Positions 27,280-37,659 of a stretch of DNA of 64,000 bases are shown here, in pieces. The position numbers were made by a program, and so were the translations under genes. Position 1 is the stretch's first letter, and every line of letters begins with the position of its first letter. This DNA is from Candidatus Omnitrophota bacterium (GTDB lineage: Bacteria; Omnitrophota; Gorgyraeia; Zapsychrales; Zapsychraceae), in the NCBI GenBank assembly GCA_015233495.1, contig JADFXQ010000005.1, positions 3,066 through 67,065 on the forward strand, read 5' to 3'. The notes below the pieces were generated by a model, which was not told the origin of the DNA, did not search any database, and worked only from the letters and a program-made list of their open reading frames with translations.

Positions 27280-28296
27280 TTAAGCAATTTTATAGGCAGA
27301 GAGTGTTTCCGCGTCGATTTTTATGATTAGACAGGAACAGATGCTTAGGGGATTATGTTTTGGGGTATATTTTACAGTGCGTGGGGGAAGGTCCCGGGAT
27401 TTGGAAAAATGTTGGATAAATCCGCCAGTAACCGCGATTTGTTTTAGTGAAGGTTCAGTGCTTTGCAGAATTGCGGTAGGGCCGCGTTCATCAGTGAATT
27501 GAATGATGACATCGTCTGGAAGGGCGAGGGCGATCAATGTGTCGTTTTCTTGTTCGTCGCGGCCGAGGATGAGTTTGGTGTGTTCATCGAGGCGGAAATG
27601 ACGGCCGTGTTGTAAAATCGCAGTTGCTTGGGGGCTGACTCCGCCGTGTTGAAATAAATCGGATAAGCGCTTGGCGAAGTTTTTATCGGTCAATAAACAA
27701 CCGCCCGCGGGTTGCGAAAAGTTCGTGATGCCTTTTTCCGTGGCAAGGCGTAATTGGTCTTTGCGGGAACGTCCCGATAGGGATAAAAGTTTGGCGCGGT
27801 CAATCAGCCCTTCGGTTTCCGGTATGGTCGGCGGCAAAAGCTGTCCGCTTAACGGGCGGACAAGCCGTCCGAATAAACCCGAAGCTTTTTCGATGCGATC
27901 CAGACTTTGCCGGTTTTGCGACATGGGACGTTGGCCCAAGACTTCGCCGGTAAACACAAAATGACTGCCGGTTCGCCGCATGATCTCCCCGGCTCGTTGC
28001 AGCATATGGATTTTACAGTCAATACAAGGGTTGATCGCAGTTCCATAACCATGATGCGGGTCTTTGACCATTTCGAGATATTGTTCATCCAAAGGTATGA
28101 GATCAACCGGCAAGCCGAGGTGAGCGGCAAGATCCTGGATCCGGGGTTGGTTAATAGACAGCCACGGCAAAATGAAGTATACTAAACGGGCTGCAATTCC
28201 CATGTCCTTGATAACGCGGGCGGCTAAAATGCTGTCCAACCCGCCGGATAGCAGGCCGATGGCTTTTACGGAAGATGGTTTTGGATTGTTTTGCAT
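27280..28296 (-). CDS. PP-loop tRNA thiouridylase-like protein (ThiI/MnmA-related)
   Basis: SGGLDS PP-loop, NPCIDC, TGEVLGQRPMSQ, PAGGCLLT, GRHFRL. Confidence 0.85.
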   Translation of the reverse strand: MQNNPKPSSVKAIGLLSGGLDSILAARVIKDMGIAARLVYFILPWLSINQPRIQDLAAHLGLPVDLIPLDEQYLEMVKDPHHGYGTAINPCIDCKIHMLQRAGEIMRRTGSHFVFTGEVLGQRPMSQNRQSLDRIEKASGLFGRLVRPLSGQLLPPTIPETEGLIDRAKLLSLSGRSRKDQLRLATEKGITNFSQPAGGCLLTDKNFAKRLSDLFQHGGVSPQATAILQHGRHFRLDEHTKLILGRDEQENDTLIALALPDDVIIQFTDERGPTAILQSTEPSLKQIAVTGGFIQHFSKSRDLPPRTVKYTPKHNPLSICSCLIIKIDAETLSAYKIA

Positions 28297-28555
28297 AGAT
28301 GGAAATCTTAAAGGATTTACGGCATAGCCGCAAGTGTTATATTTTGAGTCTCTTCTCTTATTGCGGTTGATTATTTTGTATCCGGACCAACCGGAAAGCT
28401 GCTTTCTTTTGCTGTGTTCAACAAATAATCCCTGGAGGTAGATGACGGGAATGCTTTGGCTTATCCTTGAAATAAAACTTGAAAATTTCGACGGGGATAT
28501 GTTATGATGACCGAGTTTTAGAGTTTATGCCTATTAGCAAGGAGAGTTATTTATT

Positions 28556-30295
28556 ATGGCTTCTAAAAAATTACAATCTACATCACCCGCGAAGCTGTTA
28601 AGCGGCGGGCAAGCCCTGATCAAATGTCTGGAAAATCACGGTGTGGAATATATTTTCGGATATGTCGGCGGCGCTGCGATTCCGATTTTTGACGCTTTGG
28701 TGGATTCTAAGATAAAACTCATTTTGGTGCGTCACGAACAAAGCGCCGCGCATATGGCGGACGGATTTGCCCGGGCGACTGGCAAACCGGGCGTGGTTTT
28801 GGTGACCAGTGGTCCGGGCGCTACCAACACGGTGACGGGTATATTTACAGCGCAGATGGATTCGGTGCCAATGATCATTTTAACCGGCCAGACCGTGAAA
28901 GCCGGTTTGGGAAAAGACGCGTTTCAGGAAGCCGACATTTTTGGCGTTACCCTTCCTATTGTAAAGCATAGTTATCTGGTGAAAAATTCTAATGATATCC
29001 CTCGGGTCGTAAAAGAGGCGTTTTATATTACGAACAGCGGCCGGCCTGGGCCGGTTTTAATCGATTTACCCAAGGACACGACCGCCGGCCTTTGTACCGC
29101 GGATTTGGACCCGAAAATTGAGATCCCGGGGTATGTTGTTCCTGCTAAAGGCAGCAAAAGCGATATTACGGAAATGGTCAAGATGTTTGCCGGATGCAAA
29201 AAACCCCTTATTCTGGTCGGACACGGCGCTATGATTGCTCAGGCGTCAGACGCGGTGCGGAAATTGGCTTTCAAAATGAAAGCGCCAGTCATCTCTACCC
29301 TGCTTGGCAAAGGTGTTTTTCCGGAAACGCATCCCTTATGTTACGGGATGGTGGGCATGCACGGCACGGCTTACGCGAATAAAGCTTTGGTAAATTGCGA
29401 CATGATCCTTTCGATTGGCTGCCGGTTTGACGACCGGATCAATGGCAATAATGATGAGTTTTGCATTGGCGCGAAAAAATTTCATATTGATATTGATAAC
29501 GCGGAAATCGGCAAGATTGTAAAACCGGATGCATATGTGGTTGGCGATGCTCGATTGGTGGTCGAGGAATTAATAAAACAGGTTACGCCTTTGGATACCG
29601 CGGAATGGCTGCGGGAATTGGAATTTTACCGCCAGGAATTTGCTTTGAAGTATTCCACGGAAGAAGGTTTGCCCGCGCAATTTGTGATTGACGAATTGTA
29701 TCAATTGACCAAGGGTGAGGCGATTGTGGTCACTGACGTTGGTCAGCATCAGATGTGGGCCGCGCAATTTTATAAGTCAGATTATCCGGATAAATGGCTT
29801 TCCTCCGGAGGCGCCGGAACCATGGGATTCGGTTTGCCCGCTGCCTTGGGCGCGCAATTCGCCAAACCGAAAGAAACCGTTGTGGCGATTGTTGGCGACG
29901 GCGGATTTCAAATGACTTCCTCTGAATTGGCAACCGCGTTTATCAATAAACTGCCGGTAAAAGTCATTATCATTGACAATAAATATCTCGGTATGGTTCG
30001 TCAGTGGCAGGATATGTTTTATGAAAAACGTTATTCCGGGGTGGATTTGGTGGGCAACCCGGATTTTGTCAAATTGGCAGAAGCGTATCACGTGAAAGGG
30101 ATTAACATCTCCACCGTGCAGGAAACCCGGGCCAAACTCAAAGAAGCTTTGAATCACAAAGGGCCGGTTGTCGTGCAATGTGAAGTCATTAAAGAATTGA
30201 ATGTGTTTCCGATGATTCCGGCGGGAAAATCGGCGCATCACATGATGGTGGAACCGCCAAAGGTCAAAATGGACCGGCCGACGGGAAGCACGTGA
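28556..30295 (+). CDS. ilvB: Acetolactate synthase large subunit
   Basis: [47 protein letters not shown]. Confidence 0.96.
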   Translation: MASKKLQSTSPAKLLSGGQALIKCLENHGVEYIFGYVGGAAIPIFDALVDSKIKLILVRHEQSAAHMADGFARATGKPGVVLVTSGPGATNTVTGIFTAQMDSVPMIILTGQTVKAGLGKDAFQEADIFGVTLPIVKHSYLVKNSNDIPRVVKEAFYITNSGRPGPVLIDLPKDTTAGLCTADLDPKIEIPGYVVPAKGSKSDITEMVKMFAGCKKPLILVGHGAMIAQASDAVRKLAFKMKAPVISTLLGKGVFPETHPLCYGMVGMHGTAYANKALVNCDMILSIGCRFDDRINGNNDEFCIGAKKFHIDIDNAEIGKIVKPDAYVVGDARLVVEELIKQVTPLDTAEWLRELEFYRQEFALKYSTEEGLPAQFVIDELYQLTKGEAIVVTDVGQHQMWAAQFYKSDYPDKWLSSGGAGTMGFGLPAALGAQFAKPKETVVAIVGDGGFQMTSSELATAFINKLPVKVIIIDNKYLGMVRQWQDMFYEKRYSGVDLVGNPDFVKLAEAYHVKGINISTVQETRAKLKEALNHKGPVVVQCEVIKELNVFPMIPAGKSAHHMMVEPPKVKMDRPTGST

Positions 30296-30360
30296 GAGAG
30301 TTGAAAGATGATAGGTGAAAGTTGAAGATAAAAGATATAAAGGAAAAGTGAGCTGTGATT

Positions 30361-30864
30361 ATGAATGATAAAAAAATGAATATTCACACAATCAGTATGT
30401 TGGTTGCCAATAAACCGGGGGTTTTAGTGCGGGTGGCTTTGGTTTTTGCCCGGCGGGGATATAATATCGATTCGTTGGTGGTTTCCCCTTCTTTCGACGA
30501 GCGGTATTCACGCATGACGATCACCGCGCAAGGGGATCCCGCGATTTTGGAACAGATCATCAAGCAGACTGCCAAATTGGTGGATGTAATTCATTCCGGG
30601 GAACACACGGAAGCTGAGGCTCTGCACCGCGAATTGGCGTTGGTGAAAATTAAAAATGTCACGGCCAATCATTCGATTGTGACAAAATTTATTAAGAAAT
30701 TCAACTCCGCGGTGATTGATCAAGACGAAAAAGCGCTGATTGTTCAGCTGGTTGGAACTACCGCAGAGTTGGACGAAATGGAAGTCTTTTTGAAAAAATA
30801 CGGCATGATGGAAATTGTGCGTTCCGGCAAGCTAGTCATGGTTAAAGGCACGCAGGAGACATAG
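30361..30864 (+). CDS. ilvN: Acetolactate synthase small subunit
   Basis: ACT domain NKPGVL...FARRGYNIDSL, EIVRSG; follows ilvB. Confidence 0.95.
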   Translation: MNDKKMNIHTISMLVANKPGVLVRVALVFARRGYNIDSLVVSPSFDERYSRMTITAQGDPAILEQIIKQTAKLVDVIHSGEHTEAEALHRELALVKIKNVTANHSIVTKFIKKFNSAVIDQDEKALIVQLVGTTAELDEMEVFLKKYGMMEIVRSGKLVMVKGTQET

Positions 30865-30890
30865 CGGGAAGAATTCCTGCCGGCAATGAT

Positions 30891-31271
30891 TTATTCGCGG
30901 AATGGCGGCAGGATATGGGCTTTGATTTCTGTGCCGTCTGGAGTTTGATTGACGAGCGTGATTTGACAGCGCAAGGGGTCCTCTCCCTCCGCTTCCTTTC
31001 CGAGGTATTTTGCGATTAACACTTGCAAAGAATCCCACAACAAATAGGTTCCTAAATAAATGTCCGGGTCGGACAGATCAATGGTTTTCGCGAATGCGCC
31101 AAAAGTCGCAGCGCGCAATTCTTCTAAATCTTTTCCTTGAGAGAATCGAGTCAGAATGTTATTGTGGCTGCTGTTTAATCCACAGGATGAGCAGCGTAAG
31201 TCGAAGGCAATGAAATTTCCAGCCGGATCTAAGGATAAAACAGCGTTGCTCTGAGGTTCAATATTGTCCAT
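30891..31271 (-). CDS. Hypothetical protein
   Basis: 126-aa ORF packed behind menA; one CxxC; no recognised family. Confidence 0.6.
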   Translation of the reverse strand: MDNIEPQSNAVLSLDPAGNFIAFDLRCSSCGLNSSHNNILTRFSQGKDLEELRAATFGAFAKTIDLSDPDIYLGTYLLWDSLQVLIAKYLGKEAEGEDPLRCQITLVNQTPDGTEIKAHILPPFRE

Positions 31272-31281
31272 AAGCTTTAGT

Positions 31282-32214
31282 TTAAAAAATATTCCATTGG
31301 TGTTTGCAGAGATAGCTGAGGATTTCCCAGTTCCAGCCGATACTGAATAAAATCGTGAAAACCAGGAGCATTTGTCCGGTTGCCGCCAGCGCTTGGTTCA
31401 TTGCCGCGGGTTCCTCAGTCTTCTCGAAAATCGCCGGAATTATGCCAATGGATAGCAGCACGGGCAAAGCCGCGATAATAAGCGGTTGGTGGTCGTCGAT
31501 TAAAAGCACGATTAACAATGGCAGAAGACAAGCTATAAAAATAGCGGCTAAGTAATGCTTTTGCGAAAAAGCTTTCCCGAAAATCACCGTGCTGGTTTTC
31601 TTTTTCGCTAAAGCGTCAGTGCGAACGTCGCGGATATTATTGATAATTAAAATGCCATTGGCGAGCAGTCCCGGGCTGACTCCGGCTAATAAAACCGCGC
31701 AGTTCATTTCATGCGATTGGACGTAATAGGTTCCCGCCACTGCCACCGGACCGAAGAAAAGAAAAACAAGAAAATCTCCCAGCCCAAAATAGCCTAGCGG
31801 TTTTGGTCCGGCAGTGTAAAAAAATCCCGAGCCAATGGCCAGCGCGCCTAAAGCCGCGATGCCCCAGCCGTTTTTTAAGCTCAGATGTATGACGCCAAGC
31901 GCGCCAATCAAAAAAAACAGCGCGAAAAACAATTTAGTTGCCCAAGCCGGAAAATCTTTTAAAGGTTCGGGTCGGAGAAAACCAGAACGCTCATGCCTGT
32001 CAGCTCCGTTTTTAAAATCGAAAAAATCATTGGCCACGTTCGTTCCCGCTTGCAAACAAACCGCAGTCACTAAGCACCAAGCAGCCGCGCTGAAATTGTG
32101 AACCCCATCCCCAAAAGCGATGGCGGTTCCCAAAAGGACCGGACACGCTGACGCGAGCAGAGTTTCGGGCCGCGTGGCGAGGAATAAATGAAGAGCGCGA
32201 GAAACAAATTTCAT
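31282..32214 (-). CDS. menA: 1,4-dihydroxy-2-naphthoate polyprenyltransferase
   Basis: RPETL, NVANDFFDFKNGAD, YTAGP, NNIRD...D...KKT. Confidence 0.9.
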   Translation of the reverse strand: MKFVSRALHLFLATRPETLLASACPVLLGTAIAFGDGVHNFSAAAWCLVTAVCLQAGTNVANDFFDFKNGADRHERSGFLRPEPLKDFPAWATKLFFALFFLIGALGVIHLSLKNGWGIAALGALAIGSGFFYTAGPKPLGYFGLGDFLVFLFFGPVAVAGTYYVQSHEMNCAVLLAGVSPGLLANGILIINNIRDVRTDALAKKKTSTVIFGKAFSQKHYLAAIFIACLLPLLIVLLIDDHQPLIIAALPVLLSIGIIPAIFEKTEEPAAMNQALAATGQMLLVFTILFSIGWNWEILSYLCKHQWNIF

Positions 32215-32231
32215 TGGGGATAACTATTTTT

Positions 32232-33590
32232 TTATACGGAGTCGTTTAAATAGACGATATCAATGGCCCCTTTTTGCACTAATTGATTTTTGGCGTCTTG
32301 CATCGTCTGCATACCGTGGTTTTTGCCGGTTTGAATAATACTGGAAATTTGTTTCCAATCAGCCTCCCGGATAATTTTTTGCGCCGCGTTATTGGGGACC
32401 AGGACTTCGATTGCCGGCACTAGGCCGTCGCCGACGCAGCGCGGGATGAGTTCTTGGGTCAAGAGACATTTTAAGACTAATGATAAGCGGATGAGCGCGT
32501 GTTTTTGCGCGTCCGGCGGGAAAAAAGAAGCGATACGGTCCAGCGCTTGGGTGGTGCTCGCGGCATGGATGGTTGTTAGGACCAAAGCGCCGGATTCCGC
32601 GGCCGTTAATACCAATTCCAAAGTTTCTTTATCGAGTGTTTCCCCGATCACCAAGACATCGGGATTCTGCCGCAGGGCGTTGCGCACGGCGGAAGAAAAA
32701 GACGGCGTGTCTTTGCCGACTTCGCGTTGTTTGATGATGCCGCAGTTGTTTTTATGGATATATTCAATCGGGTCTTCGATAGAAAGGATGATCCCTTTTT
32801 TAAAATTATTAAGAAAATTGACCATGGAAGATAAGGTGGTTGTTTTACCCGAACCGGTCCTCCCTGCCACCACAATCAAACCTTTGGGTGTCGTCTCCAT
32901 GATTTTTTCCACGACTTGCGGCAGACCGATATCGCTGGGTTTTCCGATATTGTAATTGATGACTCGAAAAACCCCTTCGATTTTACCTTGTTGAAAATGA
33001 ATATTGGCGCGGAGCCGTTTGTTTTTATAAAAAAAAGCGAAGTTAACGTCTTTTTCGCGCATCAATTTTTCATAACGGTCATCGTCAAGAATATTGAGCA
33101 TCAAATTTTTGATGGTATATTCATCTAAAACCGGACCGATTTGTTTCAGTTCGCCGGTTTTTTTCACAATCAGCGGAGAATCGGCGATGAAGTGCATATC
33201 CATAACATTGTTGAGATCAATTTTATCTAAAAAGGAAAAAAGGTGGATGCTGGCGAGAAATGCATTTAAACGCGCCCGGTCGTTTTCGTTGATGCTTTTT
33301 ATCTCGGTTCCGGCGACATATTTCATTGCGCCATTTTTAACGATTTGTAAACGCACCACCCGAGTCAGGAAAGAAACTTGTTCTAGGTTTGAAACGGAGC
33401 AAGTGACGCGCAGAAGAGAATTTAAGGGAAACTCTTCATTAGTATAAAATCCCAGTCCATTTATTGATATGTCCAAAGCGCTGGTCGCGGTGGGTGTGCC
33501 GAAATTATTTTCTCCGAGCATTTTTTCATATTGGACGGTGTTACGGAAGCGCACGCGGGGATTTTGACGTTTATTATTGTCCGTAATCAT
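32232..33590 (-). CDS. PilZ-domain / PilT-type pilus retraction ATPase fusion
   Basis: PilZ RxxxR (RQNPR) and DxSxxG (DISING); GRTGSGKT, IEDPIEY, QREVG, ALRQNPDVLVIGE, GMQTM. Confidence 0.88.
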   Translation of the reverse strand: MITDNNKRQNPRVRFRNTVQYEKMLGENNFGTPTATSALDISINGLGFYTNEEFPLNSLLRVTCSVSNLEQVSFLTRVVRLQIVKNGAMKYVAGTEIKSINENDRARLNAFLASIHLFSFLDKIDLNNVMDMHFIADSPLIVKKTGELKQIGPVLDEYTIKNLMLNILDDDRYEKLMREKDVNFAFFYKNKRLRANIHFQQGKIEGVFRVINYNIGKPSDIGLPQVVEKIMETTPKGLIVVAGRTGSGKTTTLSSMVNFLNNFKKGIILSIEDPIEYIHKNNCGIIKQREVGKDTPSFSSAVRNALRQNPDVLVIGETLDKETLELVLTAAESGALVLTTIHAASTTQALDRIASFFPPDAQKHALIRLSLVLKCLLTQELIPRCVGDGLVPAIEVLVPNNAAQKIIREADWKQISSIIQTGKNHGMQTMQDAKNQLVQKGAIDIVYLNDSV

Positions 33591-33727
33591 AATGAGAGTC
33601 CTTAGTCTGTTTTTACAAGACTTATAATGCTTAATAATACCAAAAAAAGCAAGAATTTACTTAAATTTTACAAAAATTTACCCAAAATGGATTTGTTAGC
33701 GGTGCGAGCGTGCAGGGATCCGGTTGG

Positions 33728-34432
33728 TCAGCGTTTATTGCCGCGATAAATTGTTATAAACCCGAATTGGCAAGTTTGAAACGAGACTTCGAGAAAACCC
33801 ACCTGTTTTAGCATATCAGCAAAGGCCATGCCAGATGGAAAATTCAGAATGGATTTTCGCAAATAATGATAAGCTTGCGGGTCGCGGGATAGGAATCCGC
33901 CGACAATGGGAATAAAAAAGCGTAAAATAAAACCGAGGATTTTTTGCTTGATCCCGGATGGAGGAAAAGAAAATTCCATAATCAATATTTGCCCGCCGGG
34001 TTTGAGGACGCGGCGCAATTCCCTCAGAACCGCCGCTGGATCCGGAACATTGCGGATTCCGAAGCATAAAGTCGCCGCGTCAAAAACTTGATTATTAAAA
34101 GGGAGAACGTTTGCGTCACCCTGGAGGAACGCGACTCTGCCAGGTCGATGCTGTTGGTCAATTTTGGTTTTTCCCAGCGACAACATGGGATAAGACCGGT
34201 CTAAAGCGATGATTTTTTGAACTTTGGATTTTTGGCGTAAGAGCATTAAAGGGACTTCCCCGGTGCCCGTGGCTAAGTCGAGAACAATCAGCCCCGGCGC
34301 GTTTGGGAGCAAATCCGTGAGTTTTTTACGCCACCCGCGGCTTAGGCCAAGAGAAATAATTTGATTGATAAAATCATAGCGCGGCGCGATGCGGTCGAAT
34401 AGCCGGTAGGATTTGGATTTGTCAATCAGCAT
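33728..34432 (-). CDS. menG: Demethylmenaquinone methyltransferase (UbiE/MenG)
   Basis: FDRIAPRYD, LDLATGTG, FGIRNV, RVLKPGG, AYHYL..SI..FP. Confidence 0.9.
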   Translation of the reverse strand: MLIDKSKSYRLFDRIAPRYDFINQIISLGLSRGWRKKLTDLLPNAPGLIVLDLATGTGEVPLMLLRQKSKVQKIIALDRSYPMLSLGKTKIDQQHRPGRVAFLQGDANVLPFNNQVFDAATLCFGIRNVPDPAAVLRELRRVLKPGGQILIMEFSFPPSGIKQKILGFILRFFIPIVGGFLSRDPQAYHYLRKSILNFPSGMAFADMLKQVGFLEVSFQTCQFGFITIYRGNKR

Positions 34433-34434
34433 AT

Positions 34435-35130
34435 TTAAAGCGTCCCTTGATCCGCGAAACTATAATATTTGTTATTTCCGATGATGATATGATCCAGGAT
34501 TTTGATTCGCATAAGGTCCCCCGCTTCCTTGAGCTCATGGGTGAATTTATGGTCTTCTTCACTCGGGAGTACTTCCCCGGATGGGTGATTATGGCCGCAA
34601 ATCAGACCCGCGGCGCCGAGGTCGATCCCTTGCCGGATGATTTCTCGGATAAACGGGACAGCGCGGTTAATAGTTCCGATGCTGGAATCGTGAATATCCA
34701 AAATCCGCTGCCTTCCGTCCAAATATATTGTTTTAAAAATTTCAATTTTCGCGTCTCTCAACAGCGGCATGAAGATATTGGCTGCGTCTAAGGATGAAGT
34801 TAGGGCTTTCCCTTCTGCCCGTGTTTCATTATCGCGAAAACGCCGGCCGATTTCAAGCGCGGCTTTGATTTGTGCGCGTTTGGCTTGGCCCAGCCCGCGA
34901 AAGCATTGCCATTGCAGGGTAGACGCTTTGCTCAAATTGCGGAATGTTTTGAATTCTTGAATCAGGGCTTTGGCCAAATCCAAAGCGCTTTGTCCCCGTG
35001 TGCCGGTGCGCAACAAAATAGCCAACAGTTCCGCGTCTGTGACATTTGCTTCACCGTTGATTTTTAATATTTTTTCGCGCGGACGGTCTTGGATTGGCCA
35101 GGTCTTGATAGATTGAGATAGCACAGACAT
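34435..35130 (-). CDS. radC: RadC-family JAB-domain protein
   Basis: RPREK, ELLAILLRTG, HNHPSG...PS..D, LDHIIIG. Confidence 0.93.
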   Translation of the reverse strand: MSVLSQSIKTWPIQDRPREKILKINGEANVTDAELLAILLRTGTRGQSALDLAKALIQEFKTFRNLSKASTLQWQCFRGLGQAKRAQIKAALEIGRRFRDNETRAEGKALTSSLDAANIFMPLLRDAKIEIFKTIYLDGRQRILDIHDSSIGTINRAVPFIREIIRQGIDLGAAGLICGHNHPSGEVLPSEEDHKFTHELKEAGDLMRIKILDHIIIGNNKYYSFADQGTL

Positions 35131-35197
35131 AAATCTTCCTTATAATTAAAATTTGCGGGAAATATATGATCGGGAGAATGATTAGGGTTGCCGGGGA

Positions 35198-36136
35198 TTA
35201 TCCGATTTCGTGCAAATATTGTTCAACATTTAAAGCGGCCATGCAGCCGGAACCGGCGGCTGTTATGGCCTGACGATATTTTTTATCCTGCACATCGCCG
35301 CAGGCGAACACGCCGGGGAGGTTGGTTTGCGTCGTACCGGGGAGGGTCATGATATAACCGGTTTCATCGGTTTTTAACTGGCCGTTGAGAAATGCGGTAT
35401 TCGGCGCATGTCCGATCGCGAAAAATAAACCGCTGGCGTCGACAATTCGGGTTGCTTGAGTTTGATTGTTAAGGATAACCGCGCCGGAAAACATTTTTTC
35501 GCCGAGGGCTTCCGTTACATTGGAATTCCAGAGAATTTCGATTTTGGGATTAGCCAGCGCGCGTTGTCGCATCACCTGAGACGCGCGCAAGACATCGCGC
35601 CGCACCACCAGATAAACTTTGGCAGCGAACTTGGTCAGATAGGTTGCCTCCTCTACGGCTGAATCCCCGCCGCCGATCACGATCAACGGTTTATTGCGAA
35701 AGCACGGCAGCGCGCCATCACAAACCGCGCATGCGGAAATCCCGCGCTGCCACAAGCGGTCGCCGTTTTGGATTTCTATTTTTTTTGCGGTTGCTCCGGT
35801 AGCGATGATGACGGTCTTGGATTCATACATTTGTGACCCGGCAAAAATTTTAAAGGGATGGGCGCTGAAGTCAACTTTGTCTACGGTCAGGGTTTCGATT
35901 CTGCAGCCGCATTTAACGGATTGTTCCCGCATCGTTTGCATCAATTCCGGGCCGGAAATGCCTTCCGGAAATCCCGGGAAATTTTCAATTTCTGTTGTAG
36001 TGGTCAATTGTCCGCCCGCCGCGACTCCACCGGCAAACATGCCTTCCAGCATTAAAGGATTCAAATTCGCGCGGCTTGTGTAAATTGCTGCCGTGTGCCC
36101 GGCTGGACCGGAACCAATAATAATGACATTTTCCAT
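35198..36136 (-). CDS. trxB: Thioredoxin-disulfide reductase
   Basis: GSGPAG, GGQL, CAVCDG, GGGDSA, GDVQD...RQAITAAG; start at 36136 with RBS AAGGA. Confidence 0.96.
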   Translation of the reverse strand: MENVIIIGSGPAGHTAAIYTSRANLNPLMLEGMFAGGVAAGGQLTTTTEIENFPGFPEGISGPELMQTMREQSVKCGCRIETLTVDKVDFSAHPFKIFAGSQMYESKTVIIATGATAKKIEIQNGDRLWQRGISACAVCDGALPCFRNKPLIVIGGGDSAVEEATYLTKFAAKVYLVVRRDVLRASQVMRQRALANPKIEILWNSNVTEALGEKMFSGAVILNNQTQATRIVDASGLFFAIGHAPNTAFLNGQLKTDETGYIMTLPGTTQTNLPGVFACGDVQDKKYRQAITAAGSGCMAALNVEQYLHEIG

Positions 36137-36157
36137 ATCAAAATTTTCCTTATTGAA

Positions 36158-36265
36158 ATAAATATCCGGCCGGGTGACCCCGGAGGCGGGGACCCCGTAC
36201 ATCCGCAGCCCGCCGGCGAGGATGTACAAGGCGCCGCAGGGGGCGGGACCCGGACGGATATTTAT
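36158..36265. other. GC-rich nested palindromic element between bioB and trxB
   Basis: ATAAATATCCGGCCGGGT / ACCCGGACGGATATTTAT arms (one mismatch) enclosing a GTACATCC/GGATGTAC stem. Confidence 0.6.
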
Positions 36266-36294
36266 GTGATATAGATTTTAGAGCCTAAATTATT

Positions 36295-37350
36295 TTACAG
36301 GAAGATCTGACTTTTGGTTATTTTTTTATTGCCGCTTTCCTTTTCGATTAAACCGTTCAAATCATGTTCCCCGGCCAGAGCAAATCCTGCGTCGCGGATC
36401 ATGGTTAGAGTTTTTAAGCGTGCCTCCCCTTTCGTGTTCAAATATCCGTCCAGAAACAAAGAATTCGCCGGATATAAAGCCAGGACTTCCATATCGCGTA
36501 AATGGATTTCCCGTCCCGCGGCAATGCGGATTTCCGCTTTCGGATTCAAGAACCGGAATAAACATAAAACGCGCAGACAATATTCCGGAGTCAACGCGCC
36601 CGGATTCTTTAGCTTAAGCCCGGGGATCGGAATAAAAAAATTCACCGGAATAGACTCTGCCTTGATCTCGCGTAACGCCAAAGCCATATCAATAATATCC
36701 TCAGCCGTTTCCCCCATGCCAATGATCACGCCGGAGCAAACCGGCAGTCCGACCGCGTGGGCGTTCTTCAAAGTTTGCAAACGGTCTTCATAAGTGTGTG
36801 ATGTGCAAATGCGGCGGTAAAGATTCCGCGATGTGTTGATGTTGTGGTTTAACCGGTCCAGCCCGGCTTGTTTTAAAGTTCGGGCCTGTTCCCGCGTGAT
36901 GACGCCGGGAGACACGCAAACTTCCAGAGGATATAAGGATTTGATTTTGCGGATCAAACCGGTCAGATGTCGGATCCGTTCCTCGGAAGGTTTTTTTCCG
37001 GCAAACACCATACAGTAACGAAACGCCCCGTTCGCGTGTGCCGCCTTGGCTTCCGCGAGAATTTCCGCGTCGGATTTCATCGGATAAGTCTCGATCTTTG
37101 CCTTCGAGCTTTGTGACTGCGCGCAATAATGGCAATCCTCCGGACAATGCCCGTTTTGAACATTATTCAAAATATGCACGGTAACCCGGTTCCCAAAATA
37201 TGTCCGCCGCACAGTGTAAGCCGCATCCAACAATTTCAGCAACTCAATATTTCGACCGGTCAAAATTCGGATGCAATGACGTCTATTCTGCGGAAGACCG
37301 GCTTTAGCAGATTTTGTTAATTTGACGTAAAAAATATCAGTATTAAACAT
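36295..37350 (-). CDS. bioB: Biotin synthase
   Basis: CPEDCHYCAQS radical SAM motif, NHNINTS, CSGVIIGMGE, IPVNF, RIAAGRE, ANSLF. Confidence 0.93.
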   Translation of the reverse strand: MFNTDIFYVKLTKSAKAGLPQNRRHCIRILTGRNIELLKLLDAAYTVRRTYFGNRVTVHILNNVQNGHCPEDCHYCAQSQSSKAKIETYPMKSDAEILAEAKAAHANGAFRYCMVFAGKKPSEERIRHLTGLIRKIKSLYPLEVCVSPGVITREQARTLKQAGLDRLNHNINTSRNLYRRICTSHTYEDRLQTLKNAHAVGLPVCSGVIIGMGETAEDIIDMALALREIKAESIPVNFFIPIPGLKLKNPGALTPEYCLRVLCLFRFLNPKAEIRIAAGREIHLRDMEVLALYPANSLFLDGYLNTKGEARLKTLTMIRDAGFALAGEHDLNGLIEKESGNKKITKSQIFL

Positions 37351-37362
37351 GATTGACCAATC

Positions 37363-37659
37363 TTAAGGATGCGGGACGATTGCAAAGATTCTTATCATCG
37401 TTTTCTCCGGGCCCAAAAAGAAAAAGATCCGATAAGCGCCCGGCGTGTTGTTTTCCGCGTAAGCTTCCCAAATTTTTTCACCGTGAGGCCCGGCTATCGA
37501 GGTAAACGGATGAATGTTTAGTCCGGGATGGCGGGGATTTAAAGATAAATGATGCAAGGCTTTGCTTACAGCTTTAAAATGATTTTGCAAATCGGGGGAA
37601 TGTTTCAGGCCCTTGGATTGAGTTTCCGCTGCCGGCATGAATTTTAGGAAAAAGTTCAT
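37363..37659 (-). CDS. Putative RelE/ParE-like toxin
   Basis: NPRHPGL..H, WEAYAENNTPGAYRIFF, I.PHP; start overlaps the partner stop. Confidence 0.6.
   Translation of the reverse strand: MNFFLKFMPAAETQSKGLKHSPDLQNHFKAVSKALHHLSLNPRHPGLNIHPFTSIAGPHGEKIWEAYAENNTPGAYRIFFFLGPEKTMIRIFAIVPHP

Noticed and set aside
28297-28555. ilv attenuator, T-box or ncRNA
   Set aside because: Only short hairpins; no leader peptide or T-box motif; a promoter-like sequence (28479-28508) lies close to ilvB.
34435-35130. radC as a mobile-element marker
   Set aside because: Full-length chromosomal type among core genes.
36137-36229. N-terminal extension of trxB
   Set aside because: It lies in the palindromic element; homology and the RBS point to 36136.
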